A DNA stretch of 64,000 bases from an uncultured Gammaproteobacteria bacterium. GTDB taxonomy: Bacteria; Pseudomonadota; Gammaproteobacteria; UBA9214. Positions 8,875-19,786 of the stretch are shown piece by piece. Below the pieces are notes generated by a model that ran no database searches, was not told the origin of the DNA, and saw only the letters and a list, made by a program, of their open reading frames with translations. How positions within the stretch are numbered: position 1 is the first letter of the stretch; every line of letters starts with the position of its first letter. The stretch covers positions 96,001 through 160,000 of the forward strand of contig CAWHCQ010000011.1 in assembly GCA_963827755.1 (NCBI GenBank), written 5' to 3'. The translations under genes and the position numbers were made by a program.

Positions 8875-9510
8875 TCATTCAACATTCTTCTGTTTATACT
8901 CACAAAGATCGAAGATGCAACAGGACCCGCAGCGTGGTTTTCGGGCGATACAGGTATAGCGTCCGTGCAGGATCAGCCAGTGGTGGGCATCCTGCCTGAA
9001 TTCATCCGGCACCAGGCGCAGCAGGCGCTGCTCGACTTCCAGGACGTTTTTGCCGGGCGCGATGCCGGTGCGGTTTGCAACCCGGAATATATGCGTGTCC
9101 ACGGCAATGGTCGGCTGGCCGAAGGCCGTGTTCAGGACGACGTTTGCCGTTTTGCGGCCAACACCGGGCAGGGCCTCCAGTGCAGCACGCTGTTGCGGTA
9201 CTTTTCCGGCGTGCTGTTCGACCAGGATTGCACAGGTCTTGATGATGTTTTTTGCCTTGGTGTTGAACAGCCCGATGGTCTTGATATGGTCCTTCAGGCC
9301 GGCCTCGCCCAGCTTCAGCATGGCAGCGGGTGTCTTCACTTTCCTGAACAGGGCCCGGGTTGCCTTGTTCACGCCGACATCCGTTGACTGGGCCGACAGC
9401 ATCACGGCAATCAGTAACTGGAACGGGTTAGCGTACTTGAGTTCCGTGGTCGGGTGGGGGTTTTCCGCGCGCAGGCGTGTGAAGATTTGCTGGCGTTTGC
9501 TGCGGTTCAC
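8875..9510 (-). CDS. nth: Endonuclease III
   Basis: LSAQSTD, HhH LPGVGRKTAN, VDTH and C-x6-C-x2-C-x5-C Fe-S motif; downstream of rnfE. Confidence 0.97.
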   Translation of the reverse strand: MNRSKRQQIFTRLRAENPHPTTELKYANPFQLLIAVMLSAQSTDVGVNKATRALFRKVKTPAAMLKLGEAGLKDHIKTIGLFNTKAKNIIKTCAILVEQHAGKVPQQRAALEALPGVGRKTANVVLNTAFGQPTIAVDTHIFRVANRTGIAPGKNVLEVEQRLLRLVPDEFRQDAHHWLILHGRYTCIARKPRCGSCCIFDLCEYKQKNVE

Positions 9511-9525
9511 TGCGCGCGGTCGGCC

Positions 9526-10215
9526 TCAGGCCCCGGCGGCCTGGATGGCCGTGGTATCGACCACCTCAAGCCTTGCCTGGCGACGCGCATTGATGACGTT
9601 CATGCCGGCAATCAAAAAACCCAGTCCCAGGAATGCGCCGGGCGGCAGGATGGCCAGCAGGAAACCACGGTAGTTGTCGATCACGGTCACCGTGAACTGG
9701 CGGCCGATCTCGCCGAACATGAGGTGTGCCTGTGACAGCAGGGTGCCCTGTCCAATGAGTTCGCGCAGTCCGCCGAGTGTCACCAGTACCAGGGTAAAGC
9801 CGATGCCCATGGCAACGGCGTCGAGCAGGGCCCGGTCCATGCTGTGCCGGGATGCGAACGATTCGGCGCGGCCAATAATGGCGCAGTTGGTAACGATCAG
9901 CGGAATGAAAATACCGAGAATCTTGTACAGGTCGTGCAGCCACGCATTCATGGCCAGTTCGATGATGGTGACGACCGATGCAATCACCAGCACGAACACC
10001 GGGATACGCACTTCAGGCCGGACCAGCTTGCGTATCAGGGAAACGATACCGTTGGAAAATACCAGTGTCAGCAGGGTCGCGAGCCCCAGGCCGAGGCCAT
10101 TGATGACCGAGGTGGTCACGGCCAGCAGCGGGCACAGACCCAGCAGCTGCACCAGGCCGGCATTGTTGGACCAGAGGCCGTCCTTGAGGATGCTTGAATA
10201 GGTCGGTGCATTCAT
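9526..10215 (-). CDS. rnfE: Rnf/Rsx electron transport complex subunit E
   Basis: QLLGLCPLLAV, FIPLIVTNC and AILPPGAF motifs. Confidence 0.95.
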   Translation of the reverse strand: MNAPTYSSILKDGLWSNNAGLVQLLGLCPLLAVTTSVINGLGLGLATLLTLVFSNGIVSLIRKLVRPEVRIPVFVLVIASVVTIIELAMNAWLHDLYKILGIFIPLIVTNCAIIGRAESFASRHSMDRALLDAVAMGIGFTLVLVTLGGLRELIGQGTLLSQAHLMFGEIGRQFTVTVIDNYRGFLLAILPPGAFLGLGFLIAGMNVINARRQARLEVVDTTAIQAAGA

Positions 10216-10249
10216 TGTCTATTAGCCCGGTGTTCCGTGTAGCTGTTCC

Positions 10250-10359
10250 GACGGGTACGCTGCGCTTTACCCGTCCTGCGAAGCGCCCGAAACCGTAGGA
10301 TGGGTAAAGGCCAAAGGCCGTACCCATCAAGACGGGTACGCTGCGCTTTACCTGCCCTG
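10250..10359. repeat. Cluster of three GTAG-type REP palindromes (family A) between rnfG and rnfE
   Basis: GACGGGTACGCTGCGCTTTACCCGTCCTGC (10250-10279), GTAGGATGGGTAAAGGCCAAAGGCCGTACCCATC (10295-10328) and a third copy at 10331-10359; the same family occurs at 18227-18308. Confidence 0.85.
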
Positions 10360-11001
10360 TTCATTGCCTGTCGCGGATGCCTGTTTTCCGGCTGCAAGCA
10401 GTGTCTCCTGGTGCTGGCGATAGTATAACAGCGCATTGCGCACCGCCTGTACCACGGCGCGCGGGGTGATGGTCGCGCCGGTGAGCTGGTCGAAGTCGCC
10501 GCCGTCTTTCCTGACTTTCCAGCGATCCACCGGCGGCTGCTCCAGCGAGCGGCCGGTAAACCCGAGGATCCAGTCAGAGCGATCCTCGTCGATGGCGTCG
10601 CCGAGGCCGGGGGTTTCCCGGTGGGCCACTGCACGGACACCGCTGAGCGTGCCGTCTGTATTGATGCCGACCAGCAATTTTATCGAGCCGCTATAGCCAT
10701 CCGGGGCAATCGGCGCGATGACGAGGGCAACGGCCTTGCCGGCCTTTCTGGCACGGTAGACCATGACTGGCTCAGCGCTGCCGAGCAGCTTCTGGTCACG
10801 TACCTCGATGGCGTCATCAAGCAGGATATTGTCATGCCGGTCGGGTGGAACCAGGCGGTGCAGTTTGCGCAGCAGGGTGGCGCGCTCATTGGCGGCAATC
10901 CGTTCGCGGGTGTTATCAAATGTAAAGGACACCAGCCCGGTACCGATGACCGCGAATATCAGCAGGATAATAGTGGTGATGATGATCTGGCGATAATTCA
11001 T
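10348..11001 (-). CDS. rnfG: Rnf/Rsx subunit G
   Basis: APDGYSG.I, HRETPGLG and FDQLTGATITPRAV FMN-binding motif. Confidence 0.95.
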   Translation of the reverse strand: MNYRQIIITTIILLIFAVIGTGLVSFTFDNTRERIAANERATLLRKLHRLVPPDRHDNILLDDAIEVRDQKLLGSAEPVMVYRARKAGKAVALVIAPIAPDGYSGSIKLLVGINTDGTLSGVRAVAHRETPGLGDAIDEDRSDWILGFTGRSLEQPPVDRWKVRKDGGDFDQLTGATITPRAVVQAVRNALLYYRQHQETLLAAGKQASATGNEQGR

Positions 11002-12023
11002 GGCTTGTCATCGTGGCCGTAGACGACAGGCCGGGTGTAGTAATCGATGGTCGGAGCTGCCATGTTCATCAGCAGGACGGCAAAGGCAACGCCGTCGGGG
11101 TATCCGCCCCAGGTACGGATGATGTAGGTCAGCAAGCCGATGCCGGCCGCGTAGTAGATGCGACCGCGCGGTGTGGTGCTGGCAGAGACCGGGTCGGTTG
11201 CAATAAAAAAGGCCCCGAGCATCGCGGCCCCGCTGAACAGGTGAAACAGGGGTGTAGAATAGATGTCCGGGTTGATGACATGGAACAGCAGGGCGATCAC
11301 AGCCAGTGCGCCGAGCATGCCTGCCGGGATCTGCCACTGGATGACCCTTTGCTGTAACAGCCACAGGCCACCGAGCAGGAACCATGTATTGATCCACTCC
11401 CAGCCGGCACCGGCAAACAGGCCGAACAGCGGCCCACCCCTGATTTCGGTGAGTGTCTCGCTAAGACCGATCCGGGTCTTGATTGTGTCCATGGGCGTGG
11501 CCATGGTGATGGCATCGAGTGACAGACCGACCGGCAGCTGGCCGGTAAACACAAGGGAAAGTGTCTCCAACAGCTGCAGGGACTCACCGACCGGTGTCCA
11601 CAGGGTCAGTTCCAGCGGGAATGAAACAAGCAGGACGACATAACCGGCCATGGCCGGGTTGAAGGGGTTATAGCCGAGCCCGCCGTAGAGTTGCTTGGCA
11701 ATGACGATGGCAAACAGGCTGCCGATAACCGGTATCCACCAGGGGGCAAGCGGTGGCAGCGCCAGTGCAAGCAGCACACCGGTCAACAGCGCGCTGCAAT
11801 CCAGCAGTGCCGGTTTGACCGGGCGCCTGCGCAGCATCAGCATGCCGGCCTCTGCCGCGATTGCAGCCAGTGCTGCAAGCAGGATGTTGATCAATATGCC
11901 CCAGCCGAACATCCAGAAGGCGCAGGCGGTGCCGGGTATCAGGGCAAGCAGGACGCGTTGCATCATCGCGGCTACGCTTTCGGCAACCGGCAGGTGAGGT
12001 GAGCTGTAGGTCCTGAATTCCAT
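10998..12023 (-). CDS. rnfD: Rnf/Rsx subunit D
   Basis: SSPH, AKQLYGGLG.NPFNPAM, DAITMATP, ATDPVS and GGYPDG motifs. Confidence 0.95.
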   Translation of the reverse strand: MEFRTYSSPHLPVAESVAAMMQRVLLALIPGTACAFWMFGWGILINILLAALAAIAAEAGMLMLRRRPVKPALLDCSALLTGVLLALALPPLAPWWIPVIGSLFAIVIAKQLYGGLGYNPFNPAMAGYVVLLVSFPLELTLWTPVGESLQLLETLSLVFTGQLPVGLSLDAITMATPMDTIKTRIGLSETLTEIRGGPLFGLFAGAGWEWINTWFLLGGLWLLQQRVIQWQIPAGMLGALAVIALLFHVINPDIYSTPLFHLFSGAAMLGAFFIATDPVSASTTPRGRIYYAAGIGLLTYIIRTWGGYPDGVAFAVLLMNMAAPTIDYYTRPVVYGHDDKP

Positions 12024-13681
12024 CAGTCGGATGAGTTGCCCTGTCGTCTTTTATCGGCTGCATCGATGAGATGTTGCTGTTCGGGTGTCAGGTTGTCGAT
12101 GTTTCTCGGTGTAACCTCCGCCGCTGCCTTTTTTTGTTTGACGCGTTCCAGGGCGGCTTCAATGGCAGCCTTCTTGGCAGCGTTGCCGTCATCTTTCGAG
12201 AGCGCCTGTTTTTTGCGGGACTGCCGCTCGGCGCGTTCCTGCTTGATGCGCGCAAGCCTTGCCAGGCGCGCTTCGTGCCGCTGACGGGCGATGTCGGATG
12301 CCTTCTTCTGCTCCTCCTGCGACCAGATTTCGGTCTTCGCATGGCGGTAATACTGAACCAGCGGAATATGGCTCGGGCACACGTAGGCGCAGCAGCCACA
12401 CTCGATGCAGTCAAACAGGTCATAGTCCTGGGCGGCATCATGATTGCCGCTGCGCGTATACCAGTACAACTGTTGCGGCAGCAGGTCCGCGGGGCAGACC
12501 TCGGTGCATTTTCCGCAGCGTATGCATGGCTGCTCGAGTGGCGGCGCGGGCATTTCCTCGTGCGTGACCGCAAGAATGCAGTTGGTAGTCTTGACAACAG
12601 GGACGCTGTCCGTTGCCACCGCGTAACCCATCATCGGTCCGCCGATCAGCAGGCGTTCAATAGACTTTGTATAACCGCCGCAGCTGTTGACGAGGTGGCT
12701 GACCGGCGTACCCAGCAGTGCTTCGACATTGCGCGGGCTTGCGATGCCTTGCCCGGCAACGGTAACGATACGTGACAGCAGGGGCCGGTTCCTGGCAACG
12801 CTGTTGTAAATGGCGGCAGCCGTACCGACATTCTGGCAGATGACGCCAATATCCACCGGCAGACCCTGGCTCGGAACTTCGCGATTGGTCAATACCTTGA
12901 TCAACTGGCGTTCACCGCCGGTCGGGTAAATGTCGGGAACACGGACGACGCGGATAGCGGTTGCATTGCCTTTGTCGAGTACCGCGTCCAGCGCACGTCC
13001 GGCCTCGAGCATATGGTTTTCGATTGCAATGATGCAGCTATCCGCCTTGATGATGTGTTGTAAAATCCTGGTCCCTTCGATGACTTCTTCGGCCCGTTCC
13101 TGCAGCAAACGGTTGTCACAGGAAATATACGGTTCGCATTCGGCACCGTTGATCAATAGCAGGTCGATGTTGTAGCGCGCACCTGCAAGTTTGACCGGCG
13201 TCGGAAAGCCCGCACCGCCAAGGCCGACGATGCCTGACTGGCGGATCTGCGTGCACAGTGATGCCGGATCAATCGATGTGTAATCAAGCGCCGGCGCCGG
13301 GAGGTTCCCGCCACTGGTCCTTGCCGTCGGTTGCAATGATGATGCACGGGGCCTGCAAACCAGACGGGTGGGGAACGGGCCGGGGCTCTACCGCGATAAC
13401 CGTCCCGGAACTCGGAGGCATGGATGGGTGCGCTGACGGCACCGACCGGCTGCGCAACAGGCTGGCCCTTGTAGACGTAGTCACCGGTCTTCACCAGCGC
13501 ACTCGGCCGGTGTGCCGATATGTTGCAGCAGGGGCAATACCAGCTGCCCCGGAATGGTGACGGGCGCAATCGGCGTGGTAGATGTAACAGACTGTTTACT
13601 ATCGAGTTTCAGGCCACCATGAAACCTGTAGAGGCGCCCGTGGCCCGGCACTTTCACGCTGCTGGCGGCCGGGTCAGGCAT
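12023..13681 (-). CDS. rnfC: Rnf/Rsx subunit C (three +1 frameshifts at about 13500, 13410 and 13300, probably sequence errors)
   Basis: Consecutive frames give FHGG..L / QHIG / V..GD.V.KGQ...SAPIHAS / SGTV..V..R...HPSG / [30 protein letters not shown] and CIECGCC.YVCP. Confidence 0.9.
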
Positions 13682-14234
13682 GCCGCTTGATATCGACGGG
13701 GTCACTGCCCGGTTTTGGCCATTTCCAGTCGAGCACACCGGTTTTCACCGGGACGATGTGTATGCATTCAACCGGGCAGGGCGCGATGCAGAGATCGCAG
13801 CCGGTACATTCTTTTTCGATCACGGTATGCATCTGTTTGGCGGCACCGAGTATTGCGTCAACGGGGCAGGCCTGGATACAGAGTGTGCAACCGATGCACA
13901 CTTCCTCGTCAATGACGACAACGGTTTTCTCTGCGTGTACACCATGCTCCGGATTCAGTGGTTTCGCATCCCTGCCAAGCAAGTCAGCCAGCGCCTGGAT
14001 GGTAATTTCTCCGCCTGGCGGGCACTGGTTGATGTCCGCTTCACCGGCGGCGATTGCTTCTGCGTAGGGCCGGCAGCCGGGGTAGGTGCATTGTCCGCAT
14101 TGTGTTTGCGGCAACAGTGCATCTATGCGGTCAACAACCGGGTCACTCTTTACTCGAAAACGAATCGCCGCATAAGCGAGTACCAGGCCAATCAGCAGGG
14201 CCAGGCTTCCCAATGCAAGTATTGCGGTCAACAT
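13674..14234 (-). CDS. rnfB: Rnf/Rsx subunit B
   Basis: [29 protein letters not shown] and CTGCDLC..PCPV. Confidence 0.96.
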   Translation of the reverse strand: MLTAILALGSLALLIGLVLAYAAIRFRVKSDPVVDRIDALLPQTQCGQCTYPGCRPYAEAIAAGEADINQCPPGGEITIQALADLLGRDAKPLNPEHGVHAEKTVVVIDEEVCIGCTLCIQACPVDAILGAAKQMHTVIEKECTGCDLCIAPCPVECIHIVPVKTGVLDWKWPKPGSDPVDIKRHA

Positions 14235-14274
14235 CGTTGTGAATAATGGCCGGGCAGATTGTTAACCGCCCGAC

Positions 14275-14856
14275 TCAAGCTTTTATCAGGCCCGAGAAGC
14301 CCATGAACGCAAGCGACATCAGGCCCGCGGTTATCAGCGCAATTGCCGAACCGCGAAACGGAAGCGGTACATCCGCAGCCATGACGCGTTCGCGAATGGC
14401 GGAAAACAGGATCAGCACCATGGAGAATCCAACAGCGGCGCCAAAGCCATACACGGCCGACTCCAGAAAGTTGAGTTGTTGCTGAACGTTGAGTAATGCG
14501 ACACCGAGTACCGCGCAGTTCGTGGTGATCAGGGGCAGGAAAATACCCAGCACCTTGTAGAGCAGCGGGCTGGTCTTGTGCACCACCATTTCCGTGAACT
14601 GTACAACGGCAGCGATCATCAGGATGAAGGTAATGGTGCGCAGGTATTCGAGTCCCAGCGGCACCAGCAGGTATTCATTTGCCAGGTAACTGCAGATCGA
14701 AGACAGCGTCAGTACGAAGGTGGTGGCCAGTGCCATGCCGGTGGCGGTATCGACATTGCGCGACACGCCCATGAACGGACACAGCCCGAGGAAGCGCACC
14801 AGCACAAAGTTATTGACCAGGATGGTGCTGACAAGAATGAGGGCTATCTCTGTCAT
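14275..14856 (-). CDS. rnfA: Rnf/Rsx subunit A
   Basis: [31 protein letters not shown] and [11 protein letters not shown]. Confidence 0.96.
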   Translation of the reverse strand: MTEIALILVSTILVNNFVLVRFLGLCPFMGVSRNVDTATGMALATTFVLTLSSICSYLANEYLLVPLGLEYLRTITFILMIAAVVQFTEMVVHKTSPLLYKVLGIFLPLITTNCAVLGVALLNVQQQLNFLESAVYGFGAAVGFSMVLILFSAIRERVMAADVPLPFRGSAIALITAGLMSLAFMGFSGLIKA

Positions 14857-14878
14857 TTAATTCAGTCGGTTACGATAC

Positions 14879-16915
14879 TTACTTAACGCGCATTCCGGGC
14901 TCTGCACCGGCATCGGGATGCAGGATGAACAGTTCATCACCACCGGCACCGGCCGCCAGCACCATGCCCTCCGACAGGCCGAAACGCATCTTGCGCGGGG
15001 CAAGGTTGGCCACCATGACCGTCAGTTTTCCTTCCAGTGACTCCGGTGTGTAGGCCGACTTTATACCGGCAAACACATTGCGGGTTTCGCCGCCGAGATC
15101 GAGCGTCAGTTGCAGCAGCCTGTCGGCGCCCTCGACGTGCTCGGCCTTCTCGATGCGTACAATACGCAGGTCAAGTTTTGCAAAGTCATCGTAGTTGATC
15201 GTCTCTGCAATCGGGTCGTCTTTTAACGGACCCTCTGCGGCGGCCGTGTTGTCCCGGGCGTTGCCAAGACTGTCTTTGGAATCTTCCAGCATGGCCTTGA
15301 TTTTCTCCTCTTCAACGCGGGTCATGAGCGGTTTGAACTTGTTGATGGTGTGGGCAGTCAATGGCGTGCCGATCGCATCCCATGTCATGGCCGGTATATT
15401 CAGAAATGTTTCTGCTTCACTTGCCATCTGCGGCAGGACCGGCTGCAGGTACGTCATCAGAACCCTGAACAGGTTCAGTCCAACCGTGCATGTTTCCTGA
15501 AGTTCGTTTTCCCTTCCCGCTTGCTTGGCAATAACCCAGGGCTTCTTCTCGTCAATGTACTGGTTTGCAAAATCTGCAAGCGCCATGATTTCCCGAATAG
15601 CGGTACTGAACTTGCGGCCATCGAAGTTCACGGCGATCGCATCACCCGCAAGCAGGAAAGTTTCATACAGGTCCGGTTCGGTGAAGCGGTCTGACAGCTT
15701 GCCTGCAAAACGTTTTGTGATAAAACCGGCACAGCGGCTCGCAATGTTGACAACCTTGCCAACGAGGTCGCTGTTAACGCGCGCGGCAAAATCTTCCAGG
15801 TTAAGGTCGATGTCATCGACACCGCTGCCGAGCTTCGCTGCAAAATAGTAACGCAGGTATTCCGGGTTCAGGTGGTCGAGATAACTGCGCGCCTTTATGA
15901 AGGTGCCGCGTGACTTGGACATTTTCTGTCCGTCAACGGTAAGAAAACCGTGGGCGAATACCGCGGTCGGGGTACGCATGCCGGCGCCGGACAGCATGGC
16001 CGGCCAGAACAGGGCGTGGAAGTAGATGATGTCCTTGCCGATGAAGTGGTACAGCTCCGCCGTGCTGTTTTTGCCCCAAAAGTCATCAAAATTCCGGCCC
16101 GAGCGGTCGCACAGGTGTTTGAAGCTGGCCATGTAGCCGATGGGGGCGTCCAGCCAGACATAAAAGTACTTGTCTTCGGTGCCGGGGATGCGAAAACCGA
16201 AATAGGGCTCGTCGCGGGAAATATCCCACTCGCGCAGGCCTTCCTCGAACCACTCGCCCAGCTTGTTGCTGACCTCGTCCTGCAGGTGTCCTGCCCGGGT
16301 CCAGTCACGCAGCATCGGCTCGAAATCGGCCAGTTTGAAGAAATAATGCAGTGAGTCCTTCTCGACAGGCGTGGCACCGGAGACGGCCGATTTCGCGTTC
16401 TTCAGCTCGGTGGGCGAGTAGGTCGCACCGCATACCTCGCAGTTATCGCCGTACTGGTCAGCGGCGCCGCAGCGCGGGCATTCACCCTTGATAAAGCGGT
16501 CCGGCAGAAACATCTGTTTTTCCGGGTCAAACGCCTGGGTAATGGTGCGCGTACTGATGTGACCGGCGGCCTGGTGGCGCCGGTAGACGAGTTCTGCGAG
16601 TTCGCGATTTTCGTCAGAATGGGTGCTGTGATAGTTGTCAAAGCCGATGTGAAAGCCTGCAAAATCGTCGCGGTGTTGCCGGCCGACGCTCTCGATCAGT
16701 TGTTCCGGGCTGATGCCTTCCTGCCGGGCGCGCAGCATGATCGGGGTGCCATGTGCATCATCGGCACAGACATAGAGACAGTCATGCCCGCGCAGCTTCT
16801 GGAAGCGCACCCAGATATCCGTCTGGATGTACTCCACCAGGTGGCCGAGGTGGATCGGCCCGTTGGCATAGGGCAGGGCGCTGGTGACCAGTATTGTGCG
16901 TTTTTCCTGACTCAT
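14879..16915 (-). CDS. metG: Methionyl-tRNA synthetase
   Basis: [13 protein letters not shown], Zn knuckles, KMSKS and C-terminal tRNA-binding domain. Confidence 0.98.
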   Translation of the reverse strand: MSQEKRTILVTSALPYANGPIHLGHLVEYIQTDIWVRFQKLRGHDCLYVCADDAHGTPIMLRARQEGISPEQLIESVGRQHRDDFAGFHIGFDNYHSTHSDENRELAELVYRRHQAAGHISTRTITQAFDPEKQMFLPDRFIKGECPRCGAADQYGDNCEVCGATYSPTELKNAKSAVSGATPVEKDSLHYFFKLADFEPMLRDWTRAGHLQDEVSNKLGEWFEEGLREWDISRDEPYFGFRIPGTEDKYFYVWLDAPIGYMASFKHLCDRSGRNFDDFWGKNSTAELYHFIGKDIIYFHALFWPAMLSGAGMRTPTAVFAHGFLTVDGQKMSKSRGTFIKARSYLDHLNPEYLRYYFAAKLGSGVDDIDLNLEDFAARVNSDLVGKVVNIASRCAGFITKRFAGKLSDRFTEPDLYETFLLAGDAIAVNFDGRKFSTAIREIMALADFANQYIDEKKPWVIAKQAGRENELQETCTVGLNLFRVLMTYLQPVLPQMASEAETFLNIPAMTWDAIGTPLTAHTINKFKPLMTRVEEEKIKAMLEDSKDSLGNARDNTAAAEGPLKDDPIAETINYDDFAKLDLRIVRIEKAEHVEGADRLLQLTLDLGGETRNVFAGIKSAYTPESLEGKLTVMVANLAPRKMRFGLSEGMVLAAGAGGDELFILHPDAGAEPGMRVK

Positions 16916-17109
16916 GCGGCGGCGGCGGTATTAAAACCCTGAAACGAATGTGATTTATCGGTGCCAAGTATGCCATATACCCGTGAGCCATGGGGCATTA
17001 TGACGCACTGGCGGTGGGACGGTTCCACAAAGTTCGTGTACAATTCGCGGTCAATTTTCCCGCTCGGCAGGCTGCCCGGGTGACCGTTTTTTTGTGAAGG
17101 AGTGATTCG

Positions 17110-18201
17110 ATGGCTGAAGTAACCCAATCCCAGGTCGAAGAGAAGCTGGCGACCTATATCGATCCCTATCTGGAAAGGGACCTGGTCTCCACCAAGTGCG
17201 TGAAGGACATCAGCGTTGACGGCGACAGCGTATCGGTCAGTGTGGTGCTTGGCTTTCCCTCCAAAGGTTATCACGAGCAGCTGGGCGCGAAGCTGAAGGA
17301 ACTGCTCGAGTCCATCGATGGCATCAACAGTGCAAAGGTGGAGGTCAGCACAAAGATTTCCTCCCACTCTGCACAAAAGGGCGTCAAGCATATAGAAGGC
17401 ATCAAGAACATCATTGCCGTGGCGTCCGGAAAGGGCGGCGTCGGCAAGTCAACCACGGCCGTGAACCTGGCGCTGGCCCTGTCAGCCGAGGGTGCGAATG
17501 TCGGCATTCTCGACGCGGACATCTACGGCCCCAGCCAGCCGCGTATGCTCGGCATCAGTGGCAAACCGGAATCGCTGGACGGCAAGTCACTTGAACCGAT
17601 GAACAGTTACCACTTGCAGGCCATGTCGATCGGCTTCCTGGTGGACGAGGAAACGCCGATGATCTGGCGCGGCCCGATGGTGACCCAGGCACTGCAACAG
17701 CTGTTGAACGATACCAACTGGAAAGACCTCGACTACCTGATCGTCGATCTGCCGCCGGGTACCGGTGACATCCAGCTGACCCTGGCGCAGCAGGTTCCGG
17801 TCAGTGGCGCGGTGATTGTCACCACGCCCCAGGACATTGCCCTGCTGGATGCGCGCAAGGGCCTGAAGATGTTCGAGAAGGTGGAAGTCCCGGTGCTGGG
17901 TGTGATCGAGAACATGAGCATCCACATCTGCAGCGAATGCGGCCATGAAGAATATATCTTCGGCCAGGGCGGCGGTGAACGCATGTCGGAACAGAATAAT
18001 GCGGACTTCCTCGGCGCCCTGCCGCTGGATATACGCATTCGTGAAGAAACCGATGCCGGCAAGCCCACCGTCGTGGCGGACCCGGATGCCCGGATATCGC
18101 AGATCTATATGGAGATTGCGCGGCGCACTGCCGCCAAACTGTCGCTGAAGACGAAGGATTACGCGGCCCGGTTCCCGCAGATCGTTATTCAGAATGACTA
18201 A
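17110..18201 (+). CDS. apbC: Fe-S cluster carrier ApbC/Mrp
   Basis: ASGKGGVGKST, DADIYGPS, WRGPM, DLPPGTGD and ENMS...C..C. Confidence 0.96.
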   Translation: MAEVTQSQVEEKLATYIDPYLERDLVSTKCVKDISVDGDSVSVSVVLGFPSKGYHEQLGAKLKELLESIDGINSAKVEVSTKISSHSAQKGVKHIEGIKNIIAVASGKGGVGKSTTAVNLALALSAEGANVGILDADIYGPSQPRMLGISGKPESLDGKSLEPMNSYHLQAMSIGFLVDEETPMIWRGPMVTQALQQLLNDTNWKDLDYLIVDLPPGTGDIQLTLAQQVPVSGAVIVTTPQDIALLDARKGLKMFEKVEVPVLGVIENMSIHICSECGHEEYIFGQGGGERMSEQNNADFLGALPLDIRIREETDAGKPTVVADPDARISQIYMEIARRTAAKLSLKTKDYAARFPQIVIQND

Positions 18202-18226
18202 CGCACTACTGCCAATTCTCCGGAAC

Positions 18227-18308
18227 GCAGGATGGGTAAAGGCCGAAGGCCGTACCCGTCACTCAATACCATGATGGGTACGTCGCTGCGCTCCTTTACC
18301 CATCCTGC
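18227..18308. repeat. Inverted REP doublet (REPIN-like, family A) between apbC and dcd
   Basis: GCAGGATGGGTAAAGGCCGAAGGCCGTACCCGTC ... GATGGGTACGTCGCTGCGCTCCTTTACCCATCCTGC. Confidence 0.85.
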
Positions 18309-18334
18309 TTGTGGCGCAGGACCGCGATAAGCTG

Positions 18335-18902
18335 ATGTCAATCAAAGCCGACAAGTGGATTCGGCGTATGGCCGAAGAGCACGGCATGATCGAGCCGTTC
18401 GAGTCCGGCCAGGTGCGTGAGAACGAGCAACGGGCGCATCGTCTCCTATGGTACATCCAGTTACGGTTACGATATCCGCTGCTCGGACGAATTCAAGATT
18501 TTTACCAATATCAACTCTGCCATCGTCGATCCGAAGAACTTCGACGACAACAGTTTTGTCGATGTGAAGTCGGATGTCTGCATCATCCCGCCGAACTCGT
18601 TTGCCCTTGCCCGTACGGTCGAGTATTTCCGTATCCCGCGTAACGTCCTGACGATCTGTCTTGGCAAGTCCACCTATGCCCGCTGCGGCATCATCGTCAA
18701 TGTCACGCCGTTCGAGCCGGAATGGGAAGGGCACGTGACACTGGAGTTTTCCAATACCACACCGTTGCCCGCGAAGATCTACGCCAACGAGGGTGTCGCG
18801 CAGGTATTGTTCCTGGAGTCCGACGAGGTCTGCGAGACCTCCTACAAGGACCGCGGCGGCAAGTACCAGGGGCAACGGGGCGTCACACTGCCGAAGACCT
18901 GA
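18335..18902 (+). CDS. dcd: dCTP deaminase (one +1 frameshift near 18422, probably a sequence error)
   Basis: [20 protein letters not shown] joins [27 protein letters not shown] and ANEG in the next frame. Confidence 0.93.
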
Positions 18903-19005
18903 GCGGGCCCCTGGCTGCCGGGATTTCCTGTCTGTTGTTTGTTATTTGCGCGCCTGCGCAGTAGTCCCCGGGGCCGTGCAGGCAGCGCCCCGGCAACCCC
19001 GACCG

Positions 19006-19398
19006 TTAGGGCCGGATTCCGTAGTCCCTGGCGATAGGCTCGAATCTTGCGACAAACTCGGTTGGCGCCAGGGTCATGTTGAGACTTGTATCACCCGACG
19101 CGGTTAGATAGCAATTTACCGCATCTTCAAGAGACGAATAATGCACCAGGTATTCGGTTTGTTGTTGACCGAGCTCGACTCCAAGCTTGTCTGACCAGCG
19201 ATAAATCCAGGCCTTTGTGTGACCAAAATAGGTTAGATGGTCTGCATCATAGAATTTTGGAATGTATGACACGCAGAGTTTTGCCAGCTGCTGACTCTTT
19301 ACGGTGCAATCATTCGCGGGTACTTCAGGTTGAGACGCGACCGTTATCGTGACCAGGATGGCGAGGATGATGAAGAGTGCAGTTACCACCTTGTTCAT
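19006..19398 (-). CDS. Hypothetical exported protein
   Basis: 130 aa with N-terminal signal/TM segment and RBS AGGAG; no family recognised. Confidence 0.65.
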   Translation of the reverse strand: MNKVVTALFIILAILVTITVASQPEVPANDCTVKSQQLAKLCVSYIPKFYDADHLTYFGHTKAWIYRWSDKLGVELGQQQTEYLVHYSSLEDAVNCYLTASGDTSLNMTLAPTEFVARFEPIARDYGIRP

Positions 19399-19786
19399 GA
19401 TGTCAGCTCCTGTTTATAAATCATGTCCGGCTGTGCCCTTGTACCTGGACAGCCGGGTGCTTCCGGCCCGGGCAGCACTGGTGGCTTTCTATTATGCCGG
19501 CCGTCCTCACACTGACTATGCATGGTCGCCGGTTATTATTCAAACAGGGCGGGCGGCTGTTGTGCGCGGTACCACCTGCCGGGTGTTGCCGTCGGTGTCA
19601 GGCGCGCGGCTGCCGCCAGTCAAACGGGGCTGGAGAAGCCTGCAGTGGAATGCCGGGTCGAGCGGGTTGCCAATGGCTGATGCCCGGTCGGGAGATTTCG
19701 AGTCGGGACATATCCGCCCCGGCTGCACTTGCAGCCTGTGGATGCGCAGAGCTCGGAAAGGCTGTTGCCAGCGGTGAAAGGCGGGA

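Noticed and set aside
10212-10640. 142-aa ORF spanning the rnfG-rnfE gap
   Set aside because: It overlaps rnfG in another frame and reads through REP palindromes.
12023-13681. rnfC (and dcd, ilvI, arsC, recO, tlpA) as true pseudogenes or programmed frameshifts
   Set aside because: All defects are isolated +1 insertions without slippery sites or other decay; sequencing error is more parsimonious.
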